Source: Bacillota bacterium
GTDB taxonomy: Bacteria; Bacillota; Dethiobacteria; DTU022; UBA8154
Length of the DNA: 57,396 bases
Reading direction: 5' to 3'
NCBI GenBank assembly: GCA_012520035.1
Contig: JAAYOY010000090.1
Span: 1 to 57,396, forward strand
Shown here: positions 1 to 8,343 of the stretch, piece after piece
How the letters are laid out: each line of letters opens with the position of its first letter
Position numbering within the stretch: the first letter of the stretch is position 1
Translations under genes and position numbers: made by a program
Notes under the pieces: generated by a model
What the model was told of the DNA's origin: nothing
Seen by the model: the letters and a program-made list of their open reading frames with translations, nothing else
Databases searched by the model: none

Positions 1-117
1 ATGGTGTTTTTTTATATCCATTTTTGCTTTGGCCTTCCCTTCAGATACTTCTAACAACTCGGCACCAATATGATTGGAAAAATTATCATTTTTATAAAAT
101 TGGAGCATGTTTTCCAT
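1..117 (-). CDS. PaaI/4HBT-type hotdog-fold thioesterase, N-terminal fragment (gene runs off left edge)
   Basis: Minus-strand ATG at 117..115 preceded by AGAGGG. Translation MENMLQFYKNDNFSNHIGAELLEVSEGKAKAKMDIKKHH fits the N-terminal pattern of PaaI-family thioesterases. Missing from the ORF track because it is truncated. Confidence 0.45.
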   Translation of the reverse strand, partial: MENMLQFYKNDNFSNHIGAELLEVSEGKAKAKMDIKKHH

Positions 118-212
118 ATAATCAACCCTCTTCAAAAATAGGGATTCTTGAAGCCTTACATGGGAACTGCTGACAATAAAGCGAAGGTTCCGATGTAAAG
201 CAATCAGATATT

Positions 213-491
213 TTAACCCCCGGACATAAAAACCATGATCATCAGTTGATCACCATTTTTTATTTTAAGATTTTTATTTTCCGGCCAGGACAAGTGTTTA
301 TTGTTTAAAACTAACTGATATATAAAATCCATTGTCCCATCTTCGTAAAACATTTCCTCTTTAAGCTTTGGGTATAATCTCAGCAATTCATTCATTACTT
401 TTTCAATAGTATCAAACGAAGGCTGCAACTCTACATAACTAGTTCCTGTAATTTCCTTTAGATATGACATAAATTTTATTTTAATACCCAC
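213..491 (-). CDS. MoaD/ThiS-family beta-grasp sulfur-carrier-like protein ending in Gly-Gly
   Basis: 92 aa with a GTG start. MGIKIKF...ITG...LYPKLKEE...KNGDQLMIMVFMSGG matches the MoaD/ThiS layout and has the diagnostic C-terminal GG. Confidence 0.7.
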   Translation of the reverse strand: MGIKIKFMSYLKEITGTSYVELQPSFDTIEKVMNELLRLYPKLKEEMFYEDGTMDFIYQLVLNNKHLSWPENKNLKIKNGDQLMIMVFMSGG

Positions 492-549
492 TATTACTAC
501 CCCTTCCCCAAAACTCTCGTGACCTCTGGAAAACTCTCATGCATAATAC

Positions 550-572
550 GGCCGGTCAAACAATCGACCGGC
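550..572. repeat. Intergenic GC-rich hairpin (GCCGGTC-N8-GACCGGC), related to the hairpin at 2128-2162
   Basis: Inverted repeat read directly from the sequence. It shares an ATCGACCGGC arm with the second hairpin. Both lie just 3' of a minus-strand gene. Confidence 0.5.
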
Positions 573-702
573 TAAAAGTATACAAACAACTACCACTACT
601 CCCGTTTAAAAATAACTGGTTATTCTTATTCAACAATTATATTAGATAAACCTGCTTATTGAAATAATTAATTCTTAAAAAGCAACCTGGGAATGAACTG
701 CT

Positions 703-2037
703 TCACTTATTTCTCAGGTCTTTGAATCGTTTTGCCTTTACTTCATAACGCGGCAGAGTGCCAAAGTCATGATACTCTATCTTGTATGCCAGATTAGTTT
801 TCAACCTGAGCTGTCTAACCAGTTCCTGCTGTACCAATTCCTTGAGGGTTTCTGCCCCCGGCACCAGCTCAACTTTAAGAGTTATAACATCGGTATCACC
901 TTTTTTACTTACGATTAGTTCGTACTCATCTCCCAGCTCAGGCATGCCCCGAACCACTTCTTCCACAGAAACAGGGCTAAACAAAACCCCCTTTACTTTT
1001 GTAATATGATCTACACGTCCGTGTATGCCGCCCTTCAATACTCTGAAAGTCCGGCCGCAGGCACAGGGTTCCCCCCACATACCCACATCTTTGGAATCAA
1101 ATCTTATACAAGGCTGGGCTTCGCGGTCAAATGCAGTAATAATAATTTTGCCGGGCTTATTGGGTTCCTCAATTGGTTCGCCGCTCTCAATATCGACCAG
1201 CTCCACCAGAAAAAAGGCTTCATTCGCATGGATACCACCCGGCTGTGATAAGCACTCGTAAGCCCATCCACCAATTTCCGTAGCCCCGACATGATCATAT
1301 ACCTTCGCGTTCCATGCTTCTTCCATGCGCTTCTTAGTAGCCGGCACACTTGCTCCGGGTTCTCCGGCACAAAGAATTTTCTTAATTCCCAACTCGGCGG
1401 GATCGATTTTAAGTTTATTACGGCAGGTCTCTGCCATGCTTAAGACATAAGTAGGGGTAGCCATTAAGGCGTTAGCTTTCAACTCCTTGATTTTTAGAAG
1501 CCTTTCTTCGGTGTTAAGTATGCCTCCAGGAACAACCTCACATCCAATTTTCTCACATGCATAATGGCCTGCCCAATAAGCCACAAATACATTGTAACCA
1601 AAGGGAATAAAGACACGGTCCGTGTTTCTAAAACCCTGTGCCCAGAGAATATATGACCAGCATTCACTCCACCATTCCCAATCCTGCCAGGTATCTGGTT
1701 GGTATACGGGTTGACCGGTGGTTCCGCTGGTCTGGTGGTATTCTGTAACCTTTTCCAAAGGGACACAAAGGCTGTCTCCATAAGGATAAGGTTCCTTCGC
1801 CTGGGCTGTGCGATAATCTTCTTTTTGCAACGTTGGAACTTTAATAATATCTTCCCATGTTTTTAAATCTTCCGGTTCGAAGCCGGCTGCTTCATAAAGG
1901 CGGCGGTACAACCTGGAGTTTTCATAACCCCATTTTACCACCCGTTTAAATTTCTTAAATTGAAAATCTCTTAGTTCGTCCCTTGAAAGCGTCTCCAAAA
2001 CAGGGTTCCAGTAGCAATCCATGTCTTTTAGCAACAT
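703..2037 (-). CDS. Phenylacetate-CoA ligase (PaaK) / coenzyme F390 synthetase-family adenylate-forming enzyme
   Basis: 444 aa. N-terminus ...YWNPVLETLSRDELRDFQFKKFKRVVKWGYENSRLYRRLYEAAG and QTSGTTGQP are typical of the PaaK family. AAGGAG RBS lies 5 nt upstream of the ATG. Confidence 0.85.
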   Translation of the reverse strand: MLLKDMDCYWNPVLETLSRDELRDFQFKKFKRVVKWGYENSRLYRRLYEAAGFEPEDLKTWEDIIKVPTLQKEDYRTAQAKEPYPYGDSLCVPLEKVTEYHQTSGTTGQPVYQPDTWQDWEWWSECWSYILWAQGFRNTDRVFIPFGYNVFVAYWAGHYACEKIGCEVVPGGILNTEERLLKIKELKANALMATPTYVLSMAETCRNKLKIDPAELGIKKILCAGEPGASVPATKKRMEEAWNAKVYDHVGATEIGGWAYECLSQPGGIHANEAFFLVELVDIESGEPIEEPNKPGKIIITAFDREAQPCIRFDSKDVGMWGEPCACGRTFRVLKGGIHGRVDHITKVKGVLFSPVSVEEVVRGMPELGDEYELIVSKKGDTDVITLKVELVPGAETLKELVQQELVRQLRLKTNLAYKIEYHDFGTLPRYEVKAKRFKDLRNK

Positions 2038-2127
2038 ATCATCTCCTTTCTCAATAGCATTCTGCTATAATTATGTCGATATAATGAATGAAAGAAAGTT
2101 TTAAATATGGAGACAACTCTTTTTTTG

Positions 2128-2162
2128 AAATATGCCGGCCGATTAATCGACCGGCATATTTT
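2128..2162. repeat. Intergenic hairpin (AAATATGCCGGCCGA / TCGACCGGCATATTT), possible terminator or REP-like element
   Basis: 15-nt arms with one mismatch, flanked by T/A runs, between the ADH stop and the PaaK-like start. Confidence 0.5.
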
Positions 2163-2211
2163 CCCTGCAGCATATTATTGCTGGAAACCTTTCTTTTAAA
2201 AATAGTTTCGG

Positions 2212-3279
2212 TTAGAAATCCGGAGTTAATACTACCCGCTTCATTAACTTACCCGAGTGAGAATCTTTAAAGGCTTCTTCAATTTGACTCATCGGGCGGA
2301 ACTCAATAAACGGTTCGATCTGTATTTTCCCTTCAAGAACCATTTTCAAAACATCATTATAATATTTGGGCAGGCAGCCCCAGGTTCCTATAATTTCTGC
2401 ATCGAAGGCCATTAAGCGGGATAACATATATTCAACCTTTTTCATGCCATAACCGACTACAACCATTTTCCCAACAAACGACAGTAACTCAAGTCCAATC
2501 TCCTGCCCTGCCGGAGAGCCAGTGCATTCAAAAATTTTCCACCCGTATCCCGGTAGTTTCTTTTCTTTAGTGTAAGCTCTGAAATCATCTCTGATATCTT
2601 TTGTGCTTTTATCAAGGGTACTGAGCGCATAAGTAGCACCATAATTTAATGAACGCTCCAACTTTTCCTTATTCCTGGCGATGGCTATTACTTCTTTGGC
2701 TCCCATGGCTGCAGCAATCTGAGTCATATACACTCCAATGCCGCCAGTGGCGCCAATAACCACAACAAGGTCCCCTTCCTTAATATCACCGCGCTTAGCT
2801 GCCTGATAGGGCGATGTTATGGCATCAGCAACAACGGCAAAATTCTCCAGGGGCATCCCCTTACGGTCTTCAATAAAACACAGGTCCGCAGAAGGTACAG
2901 GAATATGAGTGGCAAAACCGCCGTATATACCCATACTGTTGCCGGGCATTTTCTGTTTCAGGCAGCGGTTGCCCCGTCCTGATGCACAGATTTCGCAATT
3001 ATTGCAGGGCATTACCGCCGGGACGATTACTTCTTTGCCGATTAATTTTTCATCACCAGCTACTATGCGCCCGCTTATTTCATGGCCCAACGTAAGCGGC
3101 GGCTTACTTACTGTGGGCACCCCATCATAGAAATAACCGACATCTGTATGACATACCCCGCATCCTGCTACTTCTACCAGAACCTCTCCAGGTTGCAACT
3201 CCGGCACGTCAATACTGGTTTTCTCCAGCTTGCCAGGCTCGACCATTTGCCAGGTTTGAATTTTTTCCGGTACAGCCAT
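2212..3279 (-). CDS. Zinc-dependent alcohol dehydrogenase family (MDR) oxidoreductase
   Basis: GCGVCHTDVGY, GHEISG and a CNNCEIC structural-zinc motif, plus GATGGIG Rossmann. Start trimmed to the ATG at 3279 (MAVPEK...), which has an AAGGAGG RBS. The ORF-track start at 3333 overlaps the upstream gene. Confidence 0.85.
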   Translation of the reverse strand: MAVPEKIQTWQMVEPGKLEKTSIDVPELQPGEVLVEVAGCGVCHTDVGYFYDGVPTVSKPPLTLGHEISGRIVAGDEKLIGKEVIVPAVMPCNNCEICASGRGNRCLKQKMPGNSMGIYGGFATHIPVPSADLCFIEDRKGMPLENFAVVADAITSPYQAAKRGDIKEGDLVVVIGATGGIGVYMTQIAAAMGAKEVIAIARNKEKLERSLNYGATYALSTLDKSTKDIRDDFRAYTKEKKLPGYGWKIFECTGSPAGQEIGLELLSFVGKMVVVGYGMKKVEYMLSRLMAFDAEIIGTWGCLPKYYNDVLKMVLEGKIQIEPFIEFRPMSQIEEAFKDSHSGKLMKRVVLTPDF

Positions 3280-3317
3280 GTGATTAAACCTCCTTATTTT
3301 CTGTAAATGTCGGATTA

Positions 3318-4082
3318 CTATTTTCCCTTCCACACAGGTTTGCGTTTTTCCGTAAAGGCATTTAATCCTTCCACAGCATCTTCCGTTTGCATCAGTTCAT
3401 TCAGGTAGATATCATCAATAGCTTTTATCCCATCCTTAAAGCTCTTCCTCTGCCCAGCCAGCGCTGCCTTTTTGGTCAGTGCTAAAACCACAGGACTTTG
3501 TGATTGGAATTTCTTTAAGAACTCATTGCACCCATTATCAAAATCATCGGCAGGAACTACTTTATTTACCAGACCCATCCGCTCGGCACGCGCAGCATCA
3601 AAAACCTCTCCGCTCAATAGGAGCTCCAATGCTCTGGGCCAGGAAACTAAATGGGGTAATAAGTAGCAAGCAACAGGCGGTAAAACACCGACGTTAATCT
3701 CCGGCTGGCCCAGCTTGGCCTTTTCCGAAGCTACTACCAGATCACAGGCAAGAACAAGCTCGTAACCACCACCCAGAGCAGCACCATTTACCAGAGCTAC
3801 GATTGGTTTTTCTACCTCAAACATGGCTATAAAAAGCCTGTCGAATACATCGATCATTTGTTCTACTTTGTCCGGAGTATGATCGGCCACATCCACACCG
3901 GCAGAAAAGGCTTTTCCTTCCGCATCCAGGACAACTAATGCGCCGGATTCCCCTTGTGCCCATTTAAACGCTTTTACCATCTCTTCCATCATGGCAATGG
4001 TTAAAACATTCAGCGGAGGGCGGTTCAAAGTAATACGTACTATTCCGTCCTCGTTTTTCGTTTTCAGATATTCATAAGACAA
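3318..4082 (-). CDS. Enoyl-CoA hydratase/isomerase (crotonase) family protein
   Basis: 254 aa. ITLNRPPLNVL...FSAGVDV...VNGAALGGGYELVLACD crotonase signature. TTG start with a GGGGGG RBS. Confidence 0.85.
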   Translation of the reverse strand: MSYEYLKTKNEDGIVRITLNRPPLNVLTIAMMEEMVKAFKWAQGESGALVVLDAEGKAFSAGVDVADHTPDKVEQMIDVFDRLFIAMFEVEKPIVALVNGAALGGGYELVLACDLVVASEKAKLGQPEINVGVLPPVACYLLPHLVSWPRALELLLSGEVFDAARAERMGLVNKVVPADDFDNGCNEFLKKFQSQSPVVLALTKKAALAGQRKSFKDGIKAIDDIYLNELMQTEDAVEGLNAFTEKRKPVWKGK

Positions 4083-4174
4083 ATAATATCCCCCCTTATT
4101 CTTACCTCGTTATCGAGAGCAACTTCACCCACGGCTTTTAAATAGACCAGAACAGGTTTAAAAAAACTCCATCT

Positions 4175-6220
4175 TTAAGAAGCCGGCTCTACCCGAACTA
4201 GAATGGCTTTAAAGTCGGGATAACCGGTAATCGGCTCCCTGGTTTCGACATTTGTTATTTCATTCACGTTCGCCAAACCCCAACCATGAGGGACCGTTAC
4301 TACGCCTGTCATCATGTTTTCATTGGTCTTAAGACGCATCTTTACGGTTCCTACTTTTGTTGAGATATTTACTTTTTCGCCATCAACCAGTCCATAGCGC
4401 TGTGCGGTAGCGGGATGCATCTCGGCCAGAGGCTCCGGGTTTAAAGCGCGCAGTGCTGGTATATTACGCTGCTGAGAATGAGCATACTCCTCTTGCCTGG
4501 CTCCACTGATCAGAATAATAGGATATTCTTTATAAAGCTCGGGAGTGCTGATAGGACTCTGGGCAGGCTCCACATATCCCGGCAGAGGATCATAGCCATA
4601 CTCTTTTAATGTGTCTGAGTAGATCTCAATCTTTTTGCTCGGCGTGGGGAACGGTTTTGTTTTATACTGGTAATAACCCTTTTCTGCAAAGTAAACCCCA
4701 AGCTTATTTTTTAGTTCCTCTTTAATTCCGCTCGGCTCCAGCAAGAAGTCAAAGACTTCTTCATCAGAAGTCCAGGTGAAATATTCTCCCAAACCCATAC
4801 GCTTTGCCAGTTCGGTCCAGATCCACCAGTCAGGCCTGCTCTCACCCAGCGGCTCAATAACCTTTTTACGCAGCATGGCATAAGGCTCGCAATTTACAAC
4901 GCCGTAAACATAGCCAAGGCTATCTTTTTCAAGGAAAGTACATGCAGGCAGCAACACATCAGACAGCTCCGCCGTCTCATTGATAAACGGATCAATGGAT
5001 ACCCTGAAGTCTAAAGCTTCAAAAGCTTTCCTGTAGAGGCCGGAATCGGGGTAAGTTACCAAAGGATTGGCTGCCGTTACGATACTGGCTTTCATCGGAT
5101 AAGGAATTCCTTCCAACACCGCTTTGGGGAACAATGTAGCAATACCGTAAGGAGACACGCGACCCCAAACCGAATGGAAAATCGGGTACTCATCCGCACC
5201 GATGGGCTTTTCTTCCATAGGCAACCGCAAATCTGCCATGCGGAGAAATGGAATGGTTACCCAGGTTCCGGGTTTATCAATAGCGCCCACTACTATTTGC
5301 AACAGCGCTAAAAGCCTTGAATTCTGGAAGCCGTTCCGGTGCTGGTCAAGCGTATTAATACCCTGCAGGATACAGGGTGCCTTGGACTGGGCAAAAATTC
5401 TGGCCACAACCTTGATATCCTCTTTGGGAATACCGGTAATATCGGCCGCCCATTCAGGAGTATACTGCTGGATATGTTCTTTCAACTCGGGGAACCCTTT
5501 GGTGTAATTTTCTACGAATTCTTTATCACAACGGTCTTCATTGATAATAACATTCAGCATCGCCAGAGCAAGAGCTGCATCAGTACCGGGACGTATCTGT
5601 AAATGGAGACCCAGTTTAGCAAGCTCGGTTCTCTTGGGGTCAATAACAATGAGCTCAAACTTTTCATTGGCCACCTTTTCCCGGATCAGATCTCCTAACA
5701 TTTTCCTTGAGCCGTCCGGGTTGTGACCCCAAAGAATCATACACTCCGCCTGGCGATAATCCTCACCTACATAACGCCCAAATGTCAACTGGCGTGCGAG
5801 GATCCGCAGCCGGTAACAAATGTTTTCCACGGAAAGCAGGTTGGGAGTATTATAAGCACTCTTAAAGCGCTGGGCAAAAGCGGCTACTTCAATATTTTCA
5901 ACGCCGACCGAACCGCAAAAGATAGCCAGTGACTTTGCTCCGTATTTTTCTTTTACTTTGGTCAGGTTCTCCGCGCAAATATCAAATGCCTGGTCCCAAG
6001 TAATCCTCTCCAGGGTATTATTTTTCCTGCGATAAGGATAGAGCAGGCGGCTATCGGAGTATACGTAAGCCGGAAGGTTTTCTCCCCTCGGGCAAACGTA
6101 ACCATTGCTAACCGGGTGCTCTGGTAACCCTTCAGTTTTTACCAATTTACCATCCTCAACATGCGCTTTAATACCGCAATCCCACACACATAACATGCAA
6201 CTACTATTGACAACTGCCAT
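4175..6220 (-). CDS. Molybdopterin (bis-MGD) oxidoreductase, MopB/DMSO-reductase superfamily, cytoplasmic (no Tat or signal peptide)
   Basis: 681 aa. N-terminal CMLC-x3-C...VCPRG (Cx2Cx3Cx27C) FeS motif and a C-terminal MGD-binding beta-barrel region (...VTVPHGWG...). AGGAGG RBS. No adjacent FeS or membrane subunit genes. Confidence 0.85.
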   Translation of the reverse strand: MAVVNSSCMLCVWDCGIKAHVEDGKLVKTEGLPEHPVSNGYVCPRGENLPAYVYSDSRLLYPYRRKNNTLERITWDQAFDICAENLTKVKEKYGAKSLAIFCGSVGVENIEVAAFAQRFKSAYNTPNLLSVENICYRLRILARQLTFGRYVGEDYRQAECMILWGHNPDGSRKMLGDLIREKVANEKFELIVIDPKRTELAKLGLHLQIRPGTDAALALAMLNVIINEDRCDKEFVENYTKGFPELKEHIQQYTPEWAADITGIPKEDIKVVARIFAQSKAPCILQGINTLDQHRNGFQNSRLLALLQIVVGAIDKPGTWVTIPFLRMADLRLPMEEKPIGADEYPIFHSVWGRVSPYGIATLFPKAVLEGIPYPMKASIVTAANPLVTYPDSGLYRKAFEALDFRVSIDPFINETAELSDVLLPACTFLEKDSLGYVYGVVNCEPYAMLRKKVIEPLGESRPDWWIWTELAKRMGLGEYFTWTSDEEVFDFLLEPSGIKEELKNKLGVYFAEKGYYQYKTKPFPTPSKKIEIYSDTLKEYGYDPLPGYVEPAQSPISTPELYKEYPIILISGARQEEYAHSQQRNIPALRALNPEPLAEMHPATAQRYGLVDGEKVNISTKVGTVKMRLKTNENMMTGVVTVPHGWGLANVNEITNVETREPITGYPDFKAILVRVEPAS

Positions 6221-6390
6221 TAAACTAAACCTCCTAACATGAACATTGCTTGAATAAAAATTAACATATACTTTATAATTTTTTTAACGTTTATTTTTCT
6301 TACGTGAACCTTTGCTGTAAATACAACGTTTCGAGTATAACAAAAATACCCTCAAATCAAATAAGTATCATTTTGTCTAACAATTGATAT

Positions 6391-6416
6391 ATTCTACTAT
6401 TAAATTCTACTATTAA
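6391..6416. repeat. Perfect tandem duplication of the 13-mer ATTCTACTATTAA in a 620-bp AT-rich intergenic region
   Basis: Read directly: attctactattaa repeated at 6391-6403 and 6404-6416, about 170 bp upstream of the Mo-oxidoreductase start. Confidence 0.8.
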
Positions 6417-6840
6417 AGAAAAGGCACCACATGATAAAAGCAGATAAAATTGATCAACAGTATTTAAAGGCTCTGTAAAAGAAACAGAGATCTCTCACCT
6501 CCTTTATCCTTTTATCCAGTATCCAGGAATAATATCCTTATAATCCTAAAATTACCTTCCAAATCCCCCTTTCTTACTGCTCTTACATATTATTGATTAT
6601 ATTACATTATAAAACATTCCTCCCAACCGTTTGATTGGCTATATTATATCATAGATAGAAAATTAAATCTACACCCATGCTTTTACAGATAATGCAACAT
6701 CACGGCCACAAGCAGACAAGATAAGATCTTCTGTCTTCACGGGATTTTTGTTATTCATGTAACCTTCTAATTTTATGAATCATTAATACTATTTTTTATT
6801 ATAACCGCTCATCCCTCACACGTAAATAAAAAATAAAATT

Positions 6841-7581
6841 TTATGTATTCGGTTCAACGCTATTCCTGTCCATTAACTTTTTAAAAAAAGGATTGACCAG
6901 TTCCTGGTATTCAGCAGGTGTCATTGTTTCTTCGGAAATTTTCTGCATTGTCTCAAAGGATATTAATCCGTTTGAGGCAAACTCTTCTCCCGCTTTTTTA
7001 ACAAGTTCATATTTTTCAAGATAAGCGTCACGCATAAAACCCAGAGCGCTTGCAGGCACAAGAATCTCCCCCCCTGCAGCCCAGGCGAAACTATTGCATA
7101 TTATCCTGAAATGATTGCTGATTTGATCAAAATTATCCCTCTCGGAAAAACCACAGGTAGAAACAAGCAAGGCTGTTTGCTCACGGGGCTTAAACCTCTT
7201 GTGGCGGCAATGTCCCTCCTCATCGCTTATTATGAAGGGATCAAACATGGAAAAGCACCTATCCAAAACTGCTTTTACCGGAGCACTAAAACCGTATACA
7301 TAAACAGGACTGGCCAGGATTATTACATCTGCATCTTCAATCTCCTGCTTAAGAAATTGCATATCATCTTTAACAGCACACTTTCCGGGAGTTTTAAACC
7401 AGCAAGACATACAGGCTGTACAATAATTAATATTCATTTTATGCGGATAGAATATTTTCAAATCTGCTGGGTTAATCCCCTCAAGTAATAGGTTTAAGAT
7501 CTTTTCAGTAAATGATTTTTTATTTGGAAAGCCGGATCTCGGCGAACCGCTTATGGCTACTACTTTTTTGGAAAAAGTCAT
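6841..7581 (-). CDS. Iron-sulfur flavoprotein (Isf)-like NADPH-dependent FMN reductase / flavodoxin-fold protein
   Basis: VVAISGSPR flavodoxin-like N-terminus and a compact CTACMSCWFKTPGKC (Cx2Cx2Cx7C) motif typical of ISF-family proteins. Start moved to the ATG at 7581 (MTFSKK), 9 nt from AAGGGA. Confidence 0.7.
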   Translation of the reverse strand: MTFSKKVVAISGSPRSGFPNKKSFTEKILNLLLEGINPADLKIFYPHKMNINYCTACMSCWFKTPGKCAVKDDMQFLKQEIEDADVIILASPVYVYGFSAPVKAVLDRCFSMFDPFIISDEEGHCRHKRFKPREQTALLVSTCGFSERDNFDQISNHFRIICNSFAWAAGGEILVPASALGFMRDAYLEKYELVKKAGEEFASNGLISFETMQKISEETMTPAEYQELVNPFFKKLMDRNSVEPNT

Positions 7582-7644
7582 AAGAAACATTCCCTTGCGA
7601 TGAAATTTTTCATTTAATACTATAACTTCTCTAAAAAGACCCTT

Positions 7645-7762
7645 TTTCCTGCCAAAATAAATATTAAACTTAATTATTAATATTCAAAACAATAATACCC
7701 AAATTAGATAATTTTAACTCTTAAAACCTCTTATTTAAGTCGAATATTTTGGGCAGGAAATA
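7645..7762 (+). repeat. Repeat copy 1: ~95-bp AT-rich element (7670-7762) plus a 15-nt inverted partner (7645-7659 vs 7745-7760)
   Basis: 7670-7762 aligns by eye at roughly 88-90% identity with 14561-14657 in the same orientation. TTTCCTGCCAAAATA at 7645 is the inverted complement of TATTTTGGGCAGGAAA at 7745. The core holds the palindrome AAATTA-GA-TAATTT (7701-7714). Confidence 0.85.
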
Positions 7763-7885
7763 TATAAGGGGCATTCAACACCCCCGGGCTACTTAAATTT
7801 TCTCCTGGCTATAAAAACGCTATGACCGGGAGCAGGGACCAGCCCTGGCTCCCACAGTAATCCAATGTTTCTAAATGGCTGCATA

Positions 7886-8330
7886 TTATACTTTTGCTGT
7901 AATATTAGTAACCAGGTATAAATGGATATTAATCCGGGCTTTTATTGGTGTCCACAAAGTATCTGGACGAAACTGATCTACGCCCACACTTTCCCGGTGT
8001 CCGAAATTTGAAGCCCACCAAGAGGAGTTTGTTCCGCCACTCACTATTACTATGTTAAGTGCCGGTACGCGGTGAGCTAGCTCGGTTCCCTGCAGCCGTT
8101 ATCAAAAACAAACTTCAGCACAGGTACCCTATGATCGCTCGGGAGGGTAAGCCAGTATACATAAGGTTGTTCTCCTGCACGGGCTCTATCGAGATAAGAA
8201 GGGTAAGCCATAAAAAACTCTGACTGGTTAATATTGCAATTTTGGGTTAGCCACTGCATAAACTCTTGCCTAGTTGGAAATATACTAAGACCCGAAGGAA
8301 TATAAATATATTTAATCTCTTCCAGAGATT
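7886..8330 (-). pseudogene. Frameshifted gene fragment of unknown function
   Basis: Two minus-strand frames read ...SLEEIKYIYIPSGLSIFPTRQEFMQWL...PYVYWLTLPSDHRVPVLKFVFDNG...* then ...HRVPALNIVIVSGGTNSSWWASNFGHRESVGVDQFRPDTLWTP...*. No start codon and no family recognised. Confidence 0.3.
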
Positions 8331-8343
8331 TACTTTTTTATGA

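Noticed and set aside
2212-4082. Naming the Zn-ADH and crotonase as Had and Dch of the benzoyl-CoA lower pathway.
   Set aside because: Only family-level similarity is visible. No ring-opening hydrolase (Oah/BamA) or benzoyl-CoA reductase is linked to them, so specific names would be over-interpretation.
7591-7770. Sigma-54 (-24 GG / -12 GC) promoters in the repeat elements and other spacers. TGGCAGGAAAAAGGG on the minus strand of copy 1 was one candidate, and similar sequences near 14700 and 24300 were also examined.
   Set aside because: The GG-N10-GC spacing and the TTGC element are not satisfied in any candidate.
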